A stretch of DNA of 62,516 nucleotides, the filler included, from Rhabdomonas costata (lineage: Eukaryota), in NCBI GenBank assembly GCA_019059605.1. It is 23 parts of 23 records of this genome, joined end to end, with 100 filler letters (N's around TTAATTAATTAA, not from the genome) between each part and the next. Parts side by side here need not be neighbours in the genome. Positions count along the whole stretch, not along the records: positions 35,400 to 38,020 come from JAHMHO010002588.1; positions 38,121 to 40,740 come from JAHMHO010002589.1; positions 40,841 to 43,461 come from JAHMHO010002590.1; positions 43,562 to 46,181 come from JAHMHO010002591.1; positions 46,282 to 48,916 come from JAHMHO010002592.1; positions 49,017 to 51,637 come from JAHMHO010002593.1; 17 more parts are not named here. The stretch is one strand, 5' to 3'. Numbering within the stretch: the first letter of the stretch is position 1; every line of letters begins with the position of its first letter. This document shows positions 37,716 to 49,790 of this stretch, in pieces. The translations under genes and the position numbers were made by a program. Under the pieces are notes generated by a model. It worked only from the letters and a program-made list of their open reading frames with translations, was not told the origin of the DNA and searched no databases.

Positions 37716-39390
37716 CTAGGTTGCCACGCAAAAGAGAGGCGCTTTTTACTCACACGATGAACACGCTGGGTATCTATTCCCAGAAAAAGAAAAAAGTACT
37801 CATCGATTCTGAAGCGGCATTAGCTGACAATAGAATCTTGATGGCTGGGACAAACACTGCAGTGATGGTAAAACAGCCCAAGAATGGCATGTACGAGAAA
37901 TGTTACCAAAGTCTTTACCTTGCAGAGAAGAAATACGAGCAAAACACGGGCTTGAACTCGCTGATGGGGAAACATTTTTGTCAACCTCATATGAGCGCGC
38001 GCTACACCGCGTGCACCGCTNNNNNNNNNNNNNNNNNNNNNNNNNNNNNNNNNNNNNNNNNNNNTTAATTAATTAANNNNNNNNNNNNNNNNNNNNNNNN
38101 NNNNNNNNNNNNNNNNNNNNTTTTGGTGGGCGGCCCGCGAGATGGGGTTTGTTGTTGTTTGTCGTTTATTTTGCTTACTGTGGACCTTTGCGCGTTACCC
38201 GTCGTTGTTTCCCTGTTGTCTGGATTCCTCGGGGGTCCCGGTACGGTGCCGCAGGGAGTCCCATTCGATCGTGCGGAACTGTCGTGTTCAACGGCGTCTT
38301 TGTATGCTGGTTGCGCTGTGCTTTGTGGCAGTTCACCCCCCCCCCCGCCACGCGGCGGAGGAATGTGTGTGTCCCCCTGCTCCATTTTGCCCATCCTAGT
38401 AGGCGACATTTGGTTTCGTTTCCTCTGCTGCCGGACCTTGCGCAAGAACGCCATGAACATGAACATCGGGAAGGTTTCGGCAAACGCAGATCCCATAAAG
38501 CAGACACAGTTTAATTTCATCCTGTGGCCCACCCACCACTCCGAATTTCCACTTCGGGAGCTTTCCGGGCGCTCAAGAGTTGCTGGATTCTCGGCAAGAA
38601 GAGCGGGGAAGGCCGGACCCTATCTTACAACTGGGTGCATATGGTAATTTTGGGGGGCAAAAGTAGCATGGTTGACAAGTCGCGTCGAGCAACCCCCTAG
38701 GAACCAAAGGCCCTTAGTCACGCCATCGGGTAACTATCAGGAAAAACAAAAAACTCAGTACTGGTGTTCGACTTGGCCACAGGAAAGTGGAAACAAAAAA
38801 CCAAACAAACACAGCAAAGCCCGAGATCATCCTGCGCAGGGGTTCAAAGCGTTCAAAGTCCGGCACAGCACCGAAGAACAGTACAAGAAGTACAAGAAAA
38901 AAAGGGAGGGGAGCGAGGAGCAGAGGAAGCATGGGAGTGGGTGCGCATGAACGAACACCACGAAACCCTGGGAGTGGGAGAAACGGGGGCGTTTCCTGCA
39001 CAACGAGAGGTGCGTGCAAAGGAAAAAACCAAACTGGAGGAGGCGCACAGCAGCCAAGTGTTGTTGGTGGCGCCACTGCTCGGGCGTTCAGTGTCAAGAA
39101 CCCTCCCGCCAAAAAGTTTGACACCTGAAATAACCCATTGAAGAGCGGCGAATGTGTCCTTTGCGCCAAGCAGTGTACCCCATGCGCGTACTTAAATATT
39201 CACCGACACACCAATGGGGCTGTTTGAGGACTGAACCTGAGCTTGAGTTTGAGGAAACCCGAGGAAGTGGTAATAAAAAAGGCAGCGTACTGTGCCAGCT
39301 GCCATCGTGGATTTCCACAGAAAGCGGGGAAGTGCAGGGCATAAAACTGGAGAGGATCAGACCAGAGAGATGGCACATGCGACGGTTGCA

Positions 39391-40576
39391 TTACTCCTCC
39401 TTCTCCTTTCCCCCATCAACGGTCTGCCAGGAGCCCTCCTCGGGGTCCTCGGCGATGACGTTGAGAAGCCCCCCCTCGCCTGCCGCCTGGCTGTACATCT
39501 CATCGATAATGCTGCGGATTTTCGTCTTGCACTTCTCCAGAGTTTGCTCTGCAAAGGTCTTGGGATCCTTCATGAAACCCAGCATCGCAAGGACTGGGCC
39601 ACCGCTCGCGATCAGCGAGCCAAAAGTGGTCTGTGGGAGGGAGAAAGGGAGGGGCGTTGCATCATGGTGTGTGTGTGGCTCAGAAAGCACGTCCGTCAGT
39701 GGGCTCCACACACCCCACCAAGGCTACGTACCACAAGTCACATCAATTCTCCTTGGAAGGTTACTCCCAAGTAAAAGCAATTGATTCAGCCTGCCCCAGT
39801 TGAGAATGAACCACTCCAGGAGGTGGGTTGGAAAGTTCTCATTCCACTAAAACTCATTCCACTAAAACCCCACGCTCACCGATACGATTCCTCCGTACAT
39901 TCATAGAACGAGCTGCACCGTGCAAGTCTCCCACAAGATCCCTCTTTATCATAACCACCACATGCGATGCGCCCTGTGTACAGTATTTGATAGCGATAGG
40001 CCATTGCCCGAACCTCGCCATATCTGCAAGTCACTCGATTCGGCAGTTCAGTGGCATCAGTGACTTCACAAAACCCCTCGCTCTGGTTCCATAGGAATAT
40101 TCAGGCGAAGTCTGAGGGTGTGCTCGTGATGCTTTTGTGTGGAAACTAATGGAGACCTGAGAGCGAGTAAGACAGAAGCACGCGACAGGTTGTTCAGAGA
40201 GACAGTTTGTTCACCGCTCCGAGTTTGTAGAGAATGTTCTGCAAATAAGGACAATGGAACAGATCACCGATCAGGCGGATCAGGACGAGTGCGCCGCCAC
40301 ATGCCTTGTTCTGCATGGCCTCAAACCCGATCAGGATGAACACTAGGACCAGCAGAAGCAGGAAGGCCACTCGGATAACCCCGAACGATACATCAGTGTC
40401 AACCGCCTTGCCCCCGCCCACCATCGAGAAGACGTAAATCACCTTCTCGGACATCTGCTGCCGGAGGATCTTCTTCAGCTCGCTGAGGTTCGAGGAGCTT
40501 CCCCAGCGGGTGCCTCCGCTGAGCGCGCTGCTAATCGCATAGGTGGACATGATAAGGTTGTTCTGCGCCACGTGAT
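39391..40576 (-). CDS. Unknown membrane protein, 3' exons
   Basis: Exon-like segments 40576-40327 (ends in the TM-like VAFLLLLVLVFILI) and 39630-39391 (to stop) have splice signals. Intermediate exon(s) are unresolved. Confidence 0.45.
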
Positions 40577-42126
40577 CTGGCCAGCAAAGAATAGAAAATA
40601 GCAGACCAAGGGAGCAGACGCACCCTCTCTCCCAACACGAGAGATGAGGAAAAGGAGAAGCAGCTGTGTCAGACAAAAGACGGTGACCTTCTTTTCGTCC
40701 CATGCACGAGACGGAAGTTCCCTGATATCACCAACAACCCNNNNNNNNNNNNNNNNNNNNNNNNNNNNNNNNNNNNNNNNNNNNTTAATTAATTAANNNN
40801 NNNNNNNNNNNNNNNNNNNNNNNNNNNNNNNNNNNNNNNNGCGGGTCCTTGGGGTTTTATCGAATTTCACTGTAACTGTCGAGAAGTGCAAGACTAACAC
40901 GTGCAATTTTAGTATTTGGATAGAGTCGTGTCAATGTAAGGTGGTCGACGCTCTCGGTTGCCAGTATCCCGATAGGGGCGGTTTCTGTCTGTTTCTGTTC
41001 ATTTTGAGATTGGTCGTTTTTGTTGTGCCCTCTTTCGGAAGGCCGAAGGGCATCCGGCAGTCTGGTGGCTTGGCTTGTGCGGAGAAGGGACAATGCCTGT
41101 AGCTGTAGCTCGGTTTACAACATGGTTGTGCTCTCTGAGTCACCTGGTTATGCTGGTTTGCCCCTCATTTTCCTCCATGCGAAGGGTATGTACAGCTTAT
41201 TAGCGTATTGATCTATTGTCGGTAAGATTTTCAGGTGGAATGGCGGGCGACCGGGAAACGAAAACATTCAGAGCCCGCCATGCGCATGGGACCAGATGTG
41301 TGAGAGGCGGAGGCGAGCCTCCGCGGCGATCGAGACGTCTCAGCGGCGAGGCCAGCCCGCGGCGCCGCCAACCACCAGAGCGAGGGGCAAATTGCAAATT
41401 GCAATTATTGCAGTGATTTCTTTTTTACTGGTTTGTTTGTGAACGGTCCTCATTCAGAGTCAGGTGTTTTGTTGCTCCTGGAAAAGACGATAAAAGACGA
41501 TATCGTTCGCTTTCACCTTTTCGGTTGTGACGGCGGTAACAGAAAAATGTTCGCCTAGCGTCTTTCGAGAGACAACAAAATAGGATAGCAAACGCCATCA
41601 CCACTGAGCCCATCAAGCCATCAAGGTCGTGACCTTCTTCCTGACGTTTTCCCCTCCCCAGAATTTTTATTCAAGATGAAACAAGGGAGTTTTCAAAGGG
41701 GGCTTCGAAATGAGAATTTTGTGGAAAGTATATTGTGGTTTTTTCACTTCTTCAGTTGCATTGTCTTTGTGACTCTAGTCTGTCTCTGCAATGTAACTCT
41801 TTGTTTCCGCTGCCTTTAGCGTGCAGAATGCGCGGGGGGCCACACAAAGGAGTCATCAATCGGGTGAACGATAGTCAAATTTCGGGAAAAGTTTACCTAT
41901 GCGTTGAAAAGGGACGAAAGGTTCGGTAATCGATGCTTTCCAGGAAGCTGTTTCGGATTCTCAATCTTCAGCTTCTGTCTTATTGCGGTTATTGCTGTTG
42001 CTTTTTTCCCCCAATGGCTCACGAGTCATAGGTTGTGTCTTTGTCTTTTCCGTTGTCTGTCTTTCCTTCGCATACACACAAACACGTACACGCGTATACG
42101 AGTACACTGGCGTGGGGACAAGTCAC

Positions 42127-43440
42127 ATGGCTACCTCGGAGGTGCCATGTTTCACAACTCCCTCCCCCGCGACCCCTGAGATCTCGGGAGCCTCCAAGGC
42201 AATGCTGGCACGCCGAGTCAGCCTTGCTGTGCTGAAGTCGTTCACCTTTCCTCAGCATGCGGTGGAGTCGGCTGACTCTGGAGACTCCGGGGAGCAGGAA
42301 ACCAGGTGTCAGTTACCTTTCCCCGTGACATTCAACTTTCAAAGCTTATGTTGAAGCACAAGCAAGGGATTTACAGAGAGGGGATGTCTTACCAATTCGC
42401 CTCAACCCTCTGCAATTTAGTTGTCTTTGTTCTTGATGCAGCTCACGATTTCGTTTCCATCTTCAGGAATTTTCCAGATTTTGGTTACGCCCAACGCAAT
42501 AATGCACATGCACTTGGCTATATGCTTGCATTATTGCATTCGAGCTCTGTGTCATCTGTGTGCTTTTTGCTCCTTGTCCCTCCCTTGTGGTCTCCTTTCT
42601 TTTCTGCCGCCCGTTTTTCTTTTGCTTACCTGTCTTACGCTTTCCGCTTTTGCTGTAAATGCTGTGAATTCCTTTCGCTTCATTTAGGTTTCCAGTTCGC
42701 ACCAAATTGGACGAAAAGGAAAAGCAAAGGATTTACTGATTTGAGGCATCTTTTGCAAAGAAATGGATTATGGAGGGCCCCCCTGTCAAGGAAAGAAACT
42801 CCGCTACAAGTTCAAGAAACGGGAAAGGGATTATCAAATCATCTGTGTGCAATCAGGGTTGTTCGGGCCTGCGTCATTTTTGGGGGCAACGTGCACTGGA
42901 TCTTCCTTCTGGTCAACGTGCTGACTCGGGAACGGACTGTGATGTCATATGTGGGTCTCATCGGAGCAGCCGTTACTGTGGGATTGTGGTCGCTGCTTCT
43001 TGTGCTGCCCTGGCGGGTATCCTTTCTCTCCCTTTCTTCTGCACTTTTATGAAACTTCCGCAAAGCTGCAAAGCTTCATTGCTTGCGCTTCAACTTTGTG
43101 TACAGTTGCTTCCATTGAGCATCCGCTGAAACAGTGTAATTTTTGACAGCCCCGGCTGGCGTTTTTTTCACACAGGCATTTCCCAAAAATGAAGCACCCC
43201 TTTACGGTCCCTTTACGGTTTGAGACGAGTGGTTTTTAGGGTGGGTTTTCCTTCTCCACCTTTTTCCTTTTCCTTTTCTTTGCGTCGCTTCAGATTGCCT
43301 CTGTGGTGCTGAAGCCCATGGTGACGCTACTGCTCTCGTTGTCACTGCTGATCTTCACCATACTAGTGCAGATTGGGTACCCCAGGCCCTCCCCGGAGAG
43401 TTGTGGCTACTGCAGTGGGTGGCCAAACCCGCACAATATG
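42127..43440 (+). CDS. Unknown multi-pass membrane protein, first three exons
   Basis: Exons 42127-42305, 42857-43016 and 43294-43440 join in frame via GT-AG introns and give about three hydrophobic helices. Confidence 0.6.
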
Positions 43441-43561
43441 GTACGGGTTTGACCACCCACANNNNNNNNNNNNNNNNNNNNNNNNNNNNNNNNNNNNNNN
43501 NNNNNTTAATTAATTAANNNNNNNNNNNNNNNNNNNNNNNNNNNNNNNNNNNNNNNNNNNN

Positions 43562-45509
43562 GGGGTGTTGTAGGCTCCGCAGTAGGTCCCCGTGGTGAGG
43601 GAGTTTGCCGGGATCGAACTGAAGTAGCACCCGGAGGCCGGCGCAGAAGACACGCAGCTCCACCCCGCCGTTAGCGCACCGGAGGTGGTGCAGGACACGC
43701 TGCTCGGGCTGCTGGCACTCCGAGTGTACCCTGCCCCAAAAACCACGAAATGGAGGTGGTGTCATGATAAGGCAAGACGACAAGATTCCTCTTCTCCCAC
43801 GGGAGGCACTCGCATTGCAGCACACTACGGCTCCAAAGCGGGCCGCCCATCGGGCGGTGAGAATCACTTCCACTTCTGCGGAGGGCTGCAGAGGCCTTGC
43901 AAGACCCATGGGGTGGGGTGCACTCCTGCGCAATAAATACACTTCCGTTTCTCTCTGAGGGCATAACCATCCGCACCCTTCGCCCCACAACATGCACACA
44001 CAAAAAGAAGCAAAGCACCCTTCCGATCCAAAAGAAAAAGAATATAAGGAAACGCACTAGTCTGGAGTTTGCCAGCCCATCTCACAAAGACGGCTGCACA
44101 GCGGGGGGACAGGGGATGGGACGGGGAAAGGGAGGGGAGAGGCTCACGCACAACAAACCCGTGGCACAGTCCACCGTGCATGAGCCCGTAAAGGTCGCGG
44201 TGGACGAGCTGTAGGCCCCGCAGGATGGCGCGGAAGTCAGCGAGTTCGCCGGGATGGAGGGGAAGTAGCAGGCTGGCACAGGGGCAGGAGCCGCCGCGGT
44301 GGTCCGCACGCACCGCACGAAGTTCTTCACCCGAACGGCATCGCCCTGGGGGCCGTGGCCGTTGGGGTAGGTCGTGCCGTCGTCGATCTTGGGGTCGGAC
44401 CGCACCGCACCCGCCCCGTGAACGTCTATCCACGCCCCGTTCATGTACCCCATGGCCCTCCCTCGGGTGACGTAGATCGCCCAGTCCACGTTGCCGTCAT
44501 ACAGCGTGGTCGAGGTCCACTCCCAGCCCCAGTCCGTGCTACCGTCCTCCACCGTCAGAGAGGTCGCCATGAAGATCGCCGGCAGGGCAGGGGAGCTCGT
44601 GGTCTTCGGGGAGCGCGTGTAGTCGCTGATCGACTGCGCCTCCTTGGCCGTCGGGAGGCGCCAGTCGCTGTACCCCGCAACCGTGGAGGCCTCGCAGTAC
44701 TGCAGCGCTGAGGGCCAGTCCATCGACCCGGCCCCGCTCACACTCCCGCTGTCCGCCTTCATCCACTGCAACCCCGTGCTGGAGTCCACGATGGTCTGGT
44801 CGCCCATGTCCGTCAGCGTGTTCGTGCCGTAGGCCACAGAGCCCCCCGTTGGGGTTCCCCGCACGTACAGCACCTCGAAGTTCTTGGTCAAGGGGTAGCA
44901 CTTGATTCTCCCGTCCGCGAGGTTCACCCCAAACACGCACTGCTGCCCACTCATCACCTTCGACACGTATTGCGTGCTGGTCACAAACTGCGAGTCAATC
45001 TCCCGCGTCTCCCCCCGGGACAGCCCGTACAGGAACTGGAACGCCGTCGTGTTCACGAACGGGGTGCACACGCCCGTGCAGCTGCTCGCCGCAGACTGGA
45101 TCACTCCGTTGTAGTTGATCAGCGAGAACAGCTCCTTGATCGTGGGCAGGCGCCAGTCCGTGTATCCTCCTGTGGTCACGGAGGACACCGAGGACACCGC
45201 CTGGGCGTAGTTCAGCTTGGAGGCGGTGAGGTGATTGGTCCACATCAGCCCCGTGACCGTGTCCGTGACCGTGGCCGTTGTGGCCTGGGACCCGATAAAG
45301 CCTGGGGGGTTGATGGTGTACGAGGCGTCCTGGCCATAGTATGGGGAGAGAGTGCTGGGACAGGTGGCGACGGACCAGTGGGTGTTGGAGAGGGTGGTGC
45401 AGAAGGTTTGGCCCGTGTCGGGGACGCTGTAGGCCGCCGCTCCGGCCAGTAGGCCAGCCACGACCACACACAGCGACAACCCTAGGTGCCGGGGAGCTTT
45501 GCCCTTCAT
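43562..45509 (-). CDS. Secreted tandem DUF1566 (Lcl C-terminal-like) protein with Cys-rich repeats (3' partial)
   Basis: ATG at 45509 with a signal peptide, then PDTGQ..C, YGQDA, VTDTVTGLMW, DWRLPTIKEL, and a second repeat DSSTGLQW, GYSDWRLPTAKE, ending NFVRCVR. Intron 44158-43731, then the repeated unit CYF.SIPANSLT....CGAY. Confidence 0.88.
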
Positions 45510-46281
45510 CGGCGTTTGTGCAGGAGGGGGGGCGGGGGCCAAAGGAAAGGATCGAAAGCGAGTGCGGGCCTGGAGTGGATTGAGGTGAGGAACCTTCGGG
45601 GGGTGCAGAAGAGAGAGGTGGAAACAGGTGGGGAAAAAACTCACAACGGTGGCCCCCAAGGGGTGTGCACGATCGTCGCTGCAGAAGAGAAGCTCAGAGA
45701 CATGCGCCACCGGAAACCCTGATTGCAGCAGACTGTGCGTAGCGAGAGTTTCCTTAGAAAGCCGGACTTTTGCAGGGATGATCGTTTTGGGAATACCGCT
45801 GAGCTCCCCGCGAGCTTAATCGCGGGCGGTCATCCTTTCCAGCAGAGAGGGGGGCGATCCTGACTACAGGTGAAACCCGGGTTCCAAGCAGTTTATAGTA
45901 GGTGATTTTCTGAAGCACGTCTAATGAGCATCAGTTGAAAGCCGTGCCAAGGGCAAAAACTTGACTCACTCGCTTTTCACCTCTGGGGTGCTGCCGTTCC
46001 AACTGGGGACTTGCAGATACCTCAGCGGTGCATCCTCTGCTTGCGTGACGGAGGACACGGGGGGGCGTTGGCGCGTTGGCGCGTTGCATTTCGATGGACC
46101 AGCTGAAGTCTATGATGTACCAGCTGCTCTACGGCCTGCTCTTCATGCACAAGGCAAGACTGCCCATACCACCCCCCCCACNNNNNNNNNNNNNNNNNNN
46201 NNNNNNNNNNNNNNNNNNNNNNNNNTTAATTAATTAANNNNNNNNNNNNNNNNNNNNNNNNNNNNNNNNNNNNNNNNNNNN

Positions 46282-48534
46282 TCGGTGGTGAGCCGATTTC
46301 GGTTCCCCACGGCACCGTTCGCTCCAACGGCACCTCTCGCGAGCACCCGTGGCCAACAGCGCGTGCGCCAGTCAGTCCCCAGTGGTCACCACCAACCAGT
46401 CAACCAGTTACCCAGGCAACAGCCAGCGCGCAATGCGCCCAACACACACACGCTTGCCTTTCCGCCATGTCCGCAGCGACTTCGCCATCAGGCACGGTGG
46501 CCTGGCGCAGCTTTTTGCTGGGCCTTTGCCTTTGCAGAAATGTTCCCCCCTCCCCGCACCTCCTTCAGGTTCCTCCGAGTCGAAGGCCAAAACCGCTGCC
46601 GTTTCCGAGGCTCGGGTGTGGCTAGCCGGCCTTCCTGCTGCTGCGGACGCGCTGCAGACCTATGACATTCTCTCTGAGTTAACCCCCCTACTGCAGGCAC
46701 GGGGCGCTCACTAAGGGAGGCACACACAAAACCAACAGACCTGCTCCACCATCTTATTTTTGTGTTACTCCTCACGGCTAGCAGGCTCCGAGCTCCACTC
46801 GTCGGTGCTAAACAAAGAGGAAAAAGTACACTAGAACACCGACGCAAGAGCTTGGAATCAACTCCTCAAAAAATCAAAGTCGATTTTTTGAAACACAGGC
46901 GCACATACAGTTCAATACGCAGCGGTAACACCGTATACTTTTCTGGTTTTTATTCGATTCGAGGCTCCAAGAATGCTTTTGACCGCAAAAGTGCTGCGCT
47001 CTCTGGGGATGTGCCCAACCTGCTGAAATTTGTTGTGAGGTTTCTCTGCTCGAAGCGTATGCACGCTTCATCTCAGGGTGAAGGCGCGGCCACAGTGGCG
47101 GTGGAAGGGGCCCAGCGTGCGCTGCGGCGGCTGAGCTCCCAAGAGGAGGTCCAGCTTCTGAGCGACGAGCAAGCGGCATCCTGGGTGGACTTCACCGTGG
47201 GCGACGAGAGGCTGACGTTCCCTGGAAAGGCACACTGCGCCCTTTCCCTTTGACTCTTTCCACTGGACCCTTTGACCGGCGACTCGTCCAATTGTCCAAG
47301 AGAAGTCTTTGCTTTAGCACGTTCTGTTGTTCTGCGAAAAGGGGAGGTTGTCTCACGTGCGGGACCCGTCAGCTGCGTTCCGAACGCTGGCTGCAAGGCT
47401 AACGCCGATTTTTAGGTACCCGAATTGGAACTTGGAATTTTGGGCATGACCTTTGGTATGGTGCCGCGGTACTTCAGAAGGGTGGTGTTTGCTTCGTCCC
47501 CCGATTCCATTCCATTGACTTCAAAAACACCGCCCTGTTGGGCAAGAGAACGGACCAGTCGCAGCCGAACATTGCACGGATCGCAATTCAAATGAAGGAA
47601 CGGAAACTTTTCTGCGGTGAAAAAGTTCGAGAAAACGTTTGACTGCACACACTGTCTGAGGTTCCCGTTCTAACGCGAGGAAATCAAGACTTCGAGGTGG
47701 GGCCTTTCTCGCGTTCAGAGTGTGTTGCAGCTGAAAAGGGAGACCAAGGCCTGCCCCTTCCAGATCTACCGCCTGATGAACGAGGCCATGCGCACGGGAA
47801 AGGTGTGATTCATCTTGTCTAGGTACCTGCATATACAAGTGGCTGGTTTGAGTCCGTTACACTCTCATGTGTCCGTGTGCCCGTTGTGCCAATGGGACGT
47901 AGTCCTTTAAATTACGATGAGGTCAACTACTCTCAGCTACTCTCTTCTGCTGCCCTCGTGTCGGGGAAGCAGCCAAGCCTGCTTTTGTATCCTTGCTTGG
48001 CTTCCTTCAGCGGCATGATGCATGAGCTCCTGCTCTCTCTGCCAGCTGTGTGTCTTGTTGGGATGCGTAGGGGTGTGGTCGGTGTTTGCCATCTTCTCGA
48101 TTCCCCACCAAAACAACCCCTTACAAAGGGTCTGGAGAAATGGACCTTCCTGATCTACTGCATTGATTGTGCGCTACGGGCCCTGCCTCCGGCCCCGTGC
48201 CCCAAAGTGTTCCGGTGTGTCCAGAGCGGACGAGGTGTCGGTTCATTGTGGCATTCTTTCAGAACGAAGGTGTGACCTTTCGTCACTTCTCGCATCGTTT
48301 TGTGTCACGTGTTTTCGCTGCCGACCAATGGCTATTTTTTGGGGCTTTTAGGTGGTTCTTTGTACGCATTTTCACTGCCAACCTATCCTGTCCAATGGCA
48401 GTACGTTGTATGTCTCAGTGTTCTTCCCAGCCCCAGTTCCTCCTCTATCCGTTATGCAGGGGCATCGGCGTCAACTTTGACGCAGCCGGGGAGTACGCCG
48501 AGAAGAAGGTGGTGTGCTGGCCGGCCTTCTCCAG
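46282..48534 (+). CDS. Mono-ADP-ribosyltransferase (R-S-E, ART-like) domain protein, partial
   Basis: Exons 47764-47802 (IYRLMNEAMR), 48129-48214 (WTFLIYCIDCALRALP...VFR) and 48460-48534 (G...Y...VVCWPAFSS) give the Y..LN.ALR / AL..LP / VFRG / W..FSS pattern. Upstream exons at about 46282-46696 and 47077-47229 are less certain. Confidence 0.72.
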
Positions 48535-49122
48535 GTGTGGGTGAGGCGAGTCCAGGTTCAAAGCGGAATTTTGAAGTGTGAGCTCCGTTTCTGCTTCTCC
48601 TTCGGCAACCTGAGGTGGGGCTTGGATTCGATAAATTCGCGCATGCCGAGCGGATTTCGGTGTCTTTGCACAGGGGAAACCCAGACTGATGAATGATACC
48701 TCCCTTAAGACGTCTGAAGAGGGGCATACGTGTGCCGGGGTCACATGTGTGTGTGTGAAAGTTCCACAATGCCCTGAATCGGAAGCCACCCACGGACGCA
48801 CCCTCACGCACACGCACGCACGCACGCACACACAGGTTCGAGAGAAGCCCCAGCCCCCACCCACCCCCCAAAAAAGGAGTACAGAGCCAAACAAACAACC
48901 ACCCACACCCAACACANNNNNNNNNNNNNNNNNNNNNNNNNNNNNNNNNNNNNNNNNNNNTTAATTAATTAANNNNNNNNNNNNNNNNNNNNNNNNNNNN
49001 NNNNNNNNNNNNNNNNTTGTGTTTTGAAGCCGCGAGGGTTTGAGAGAGTGAGCGAGCGAGCGAGTGAGTGCGCGAGTGAATGTATATCCTCTTAATCATG
49101 GTTTGTACCTGCGTCAGTCTCG

Positions 49123-49790
49123 AAAAATGAGCTTGCGGCCGATGAAATCCGCAAGGCTACCAAAGACCAGCTGCCCCACAACCGCACCCCAAAGTGCAGT
49201 TGAAGCGACGTATGACTTGTCTGCTGTCGTCTGAGGGTAGGATAAACATTGTGGGGAAGTAAAAGAGTAATGACATGCTCCGCTCATACAAAATCGCTTC
49301 GCGCAAACTACCGAGCAGGGAGTGATATCAACAAGGGTCCATCCACCATGCTTGATCAATAGTCTAGCAAAAGCCGAAACATGCACTTTGAATCTGCTCT
49401 TGAATTTCGGGCTTGGACATAGGGACTCTTGTTTCAGGATAATTTATCAGCTCGTGTCTGTTCCGCAGCTTCGAGCACCACAAACAAGGGCACCACAACA
49501 AGCGCGGGGAACCAAGTAAGTGACACACCAACGCGACAAACGCGTTCACAGTTCCACTTTTGGACATTCAGACATTCAGACAGACAGACGGACAGACAGA
49601 CAGACTTGCACGCAGTTTCACAAAAAAAGACTACAAGGTATTGCCTGAGGGTAGAGCTCCTTCATAATAGACAGCACATTGTTAATGACAAAGAGGTCGT
49701 ACGCGTCGCACATGAAACCAGCGCCTACAATCACCACTTGCGAAAACAACTTTGCATTGAAGAAAACAAGGGATAATGCAGGAAGGGAAC
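49123..49790 (-). CDS. Pho84/PHT1-type MFS phosphate transporter, N-terminal exons
   Basis: VVIVGAGFMCDAYDLFVIN...LYPQ (to 49645, GC donor) joins 49230-49123 (ALWGAVVGQLVFGSLADFIGRKLIF). Start codon not identified. Confidence 0.85.
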
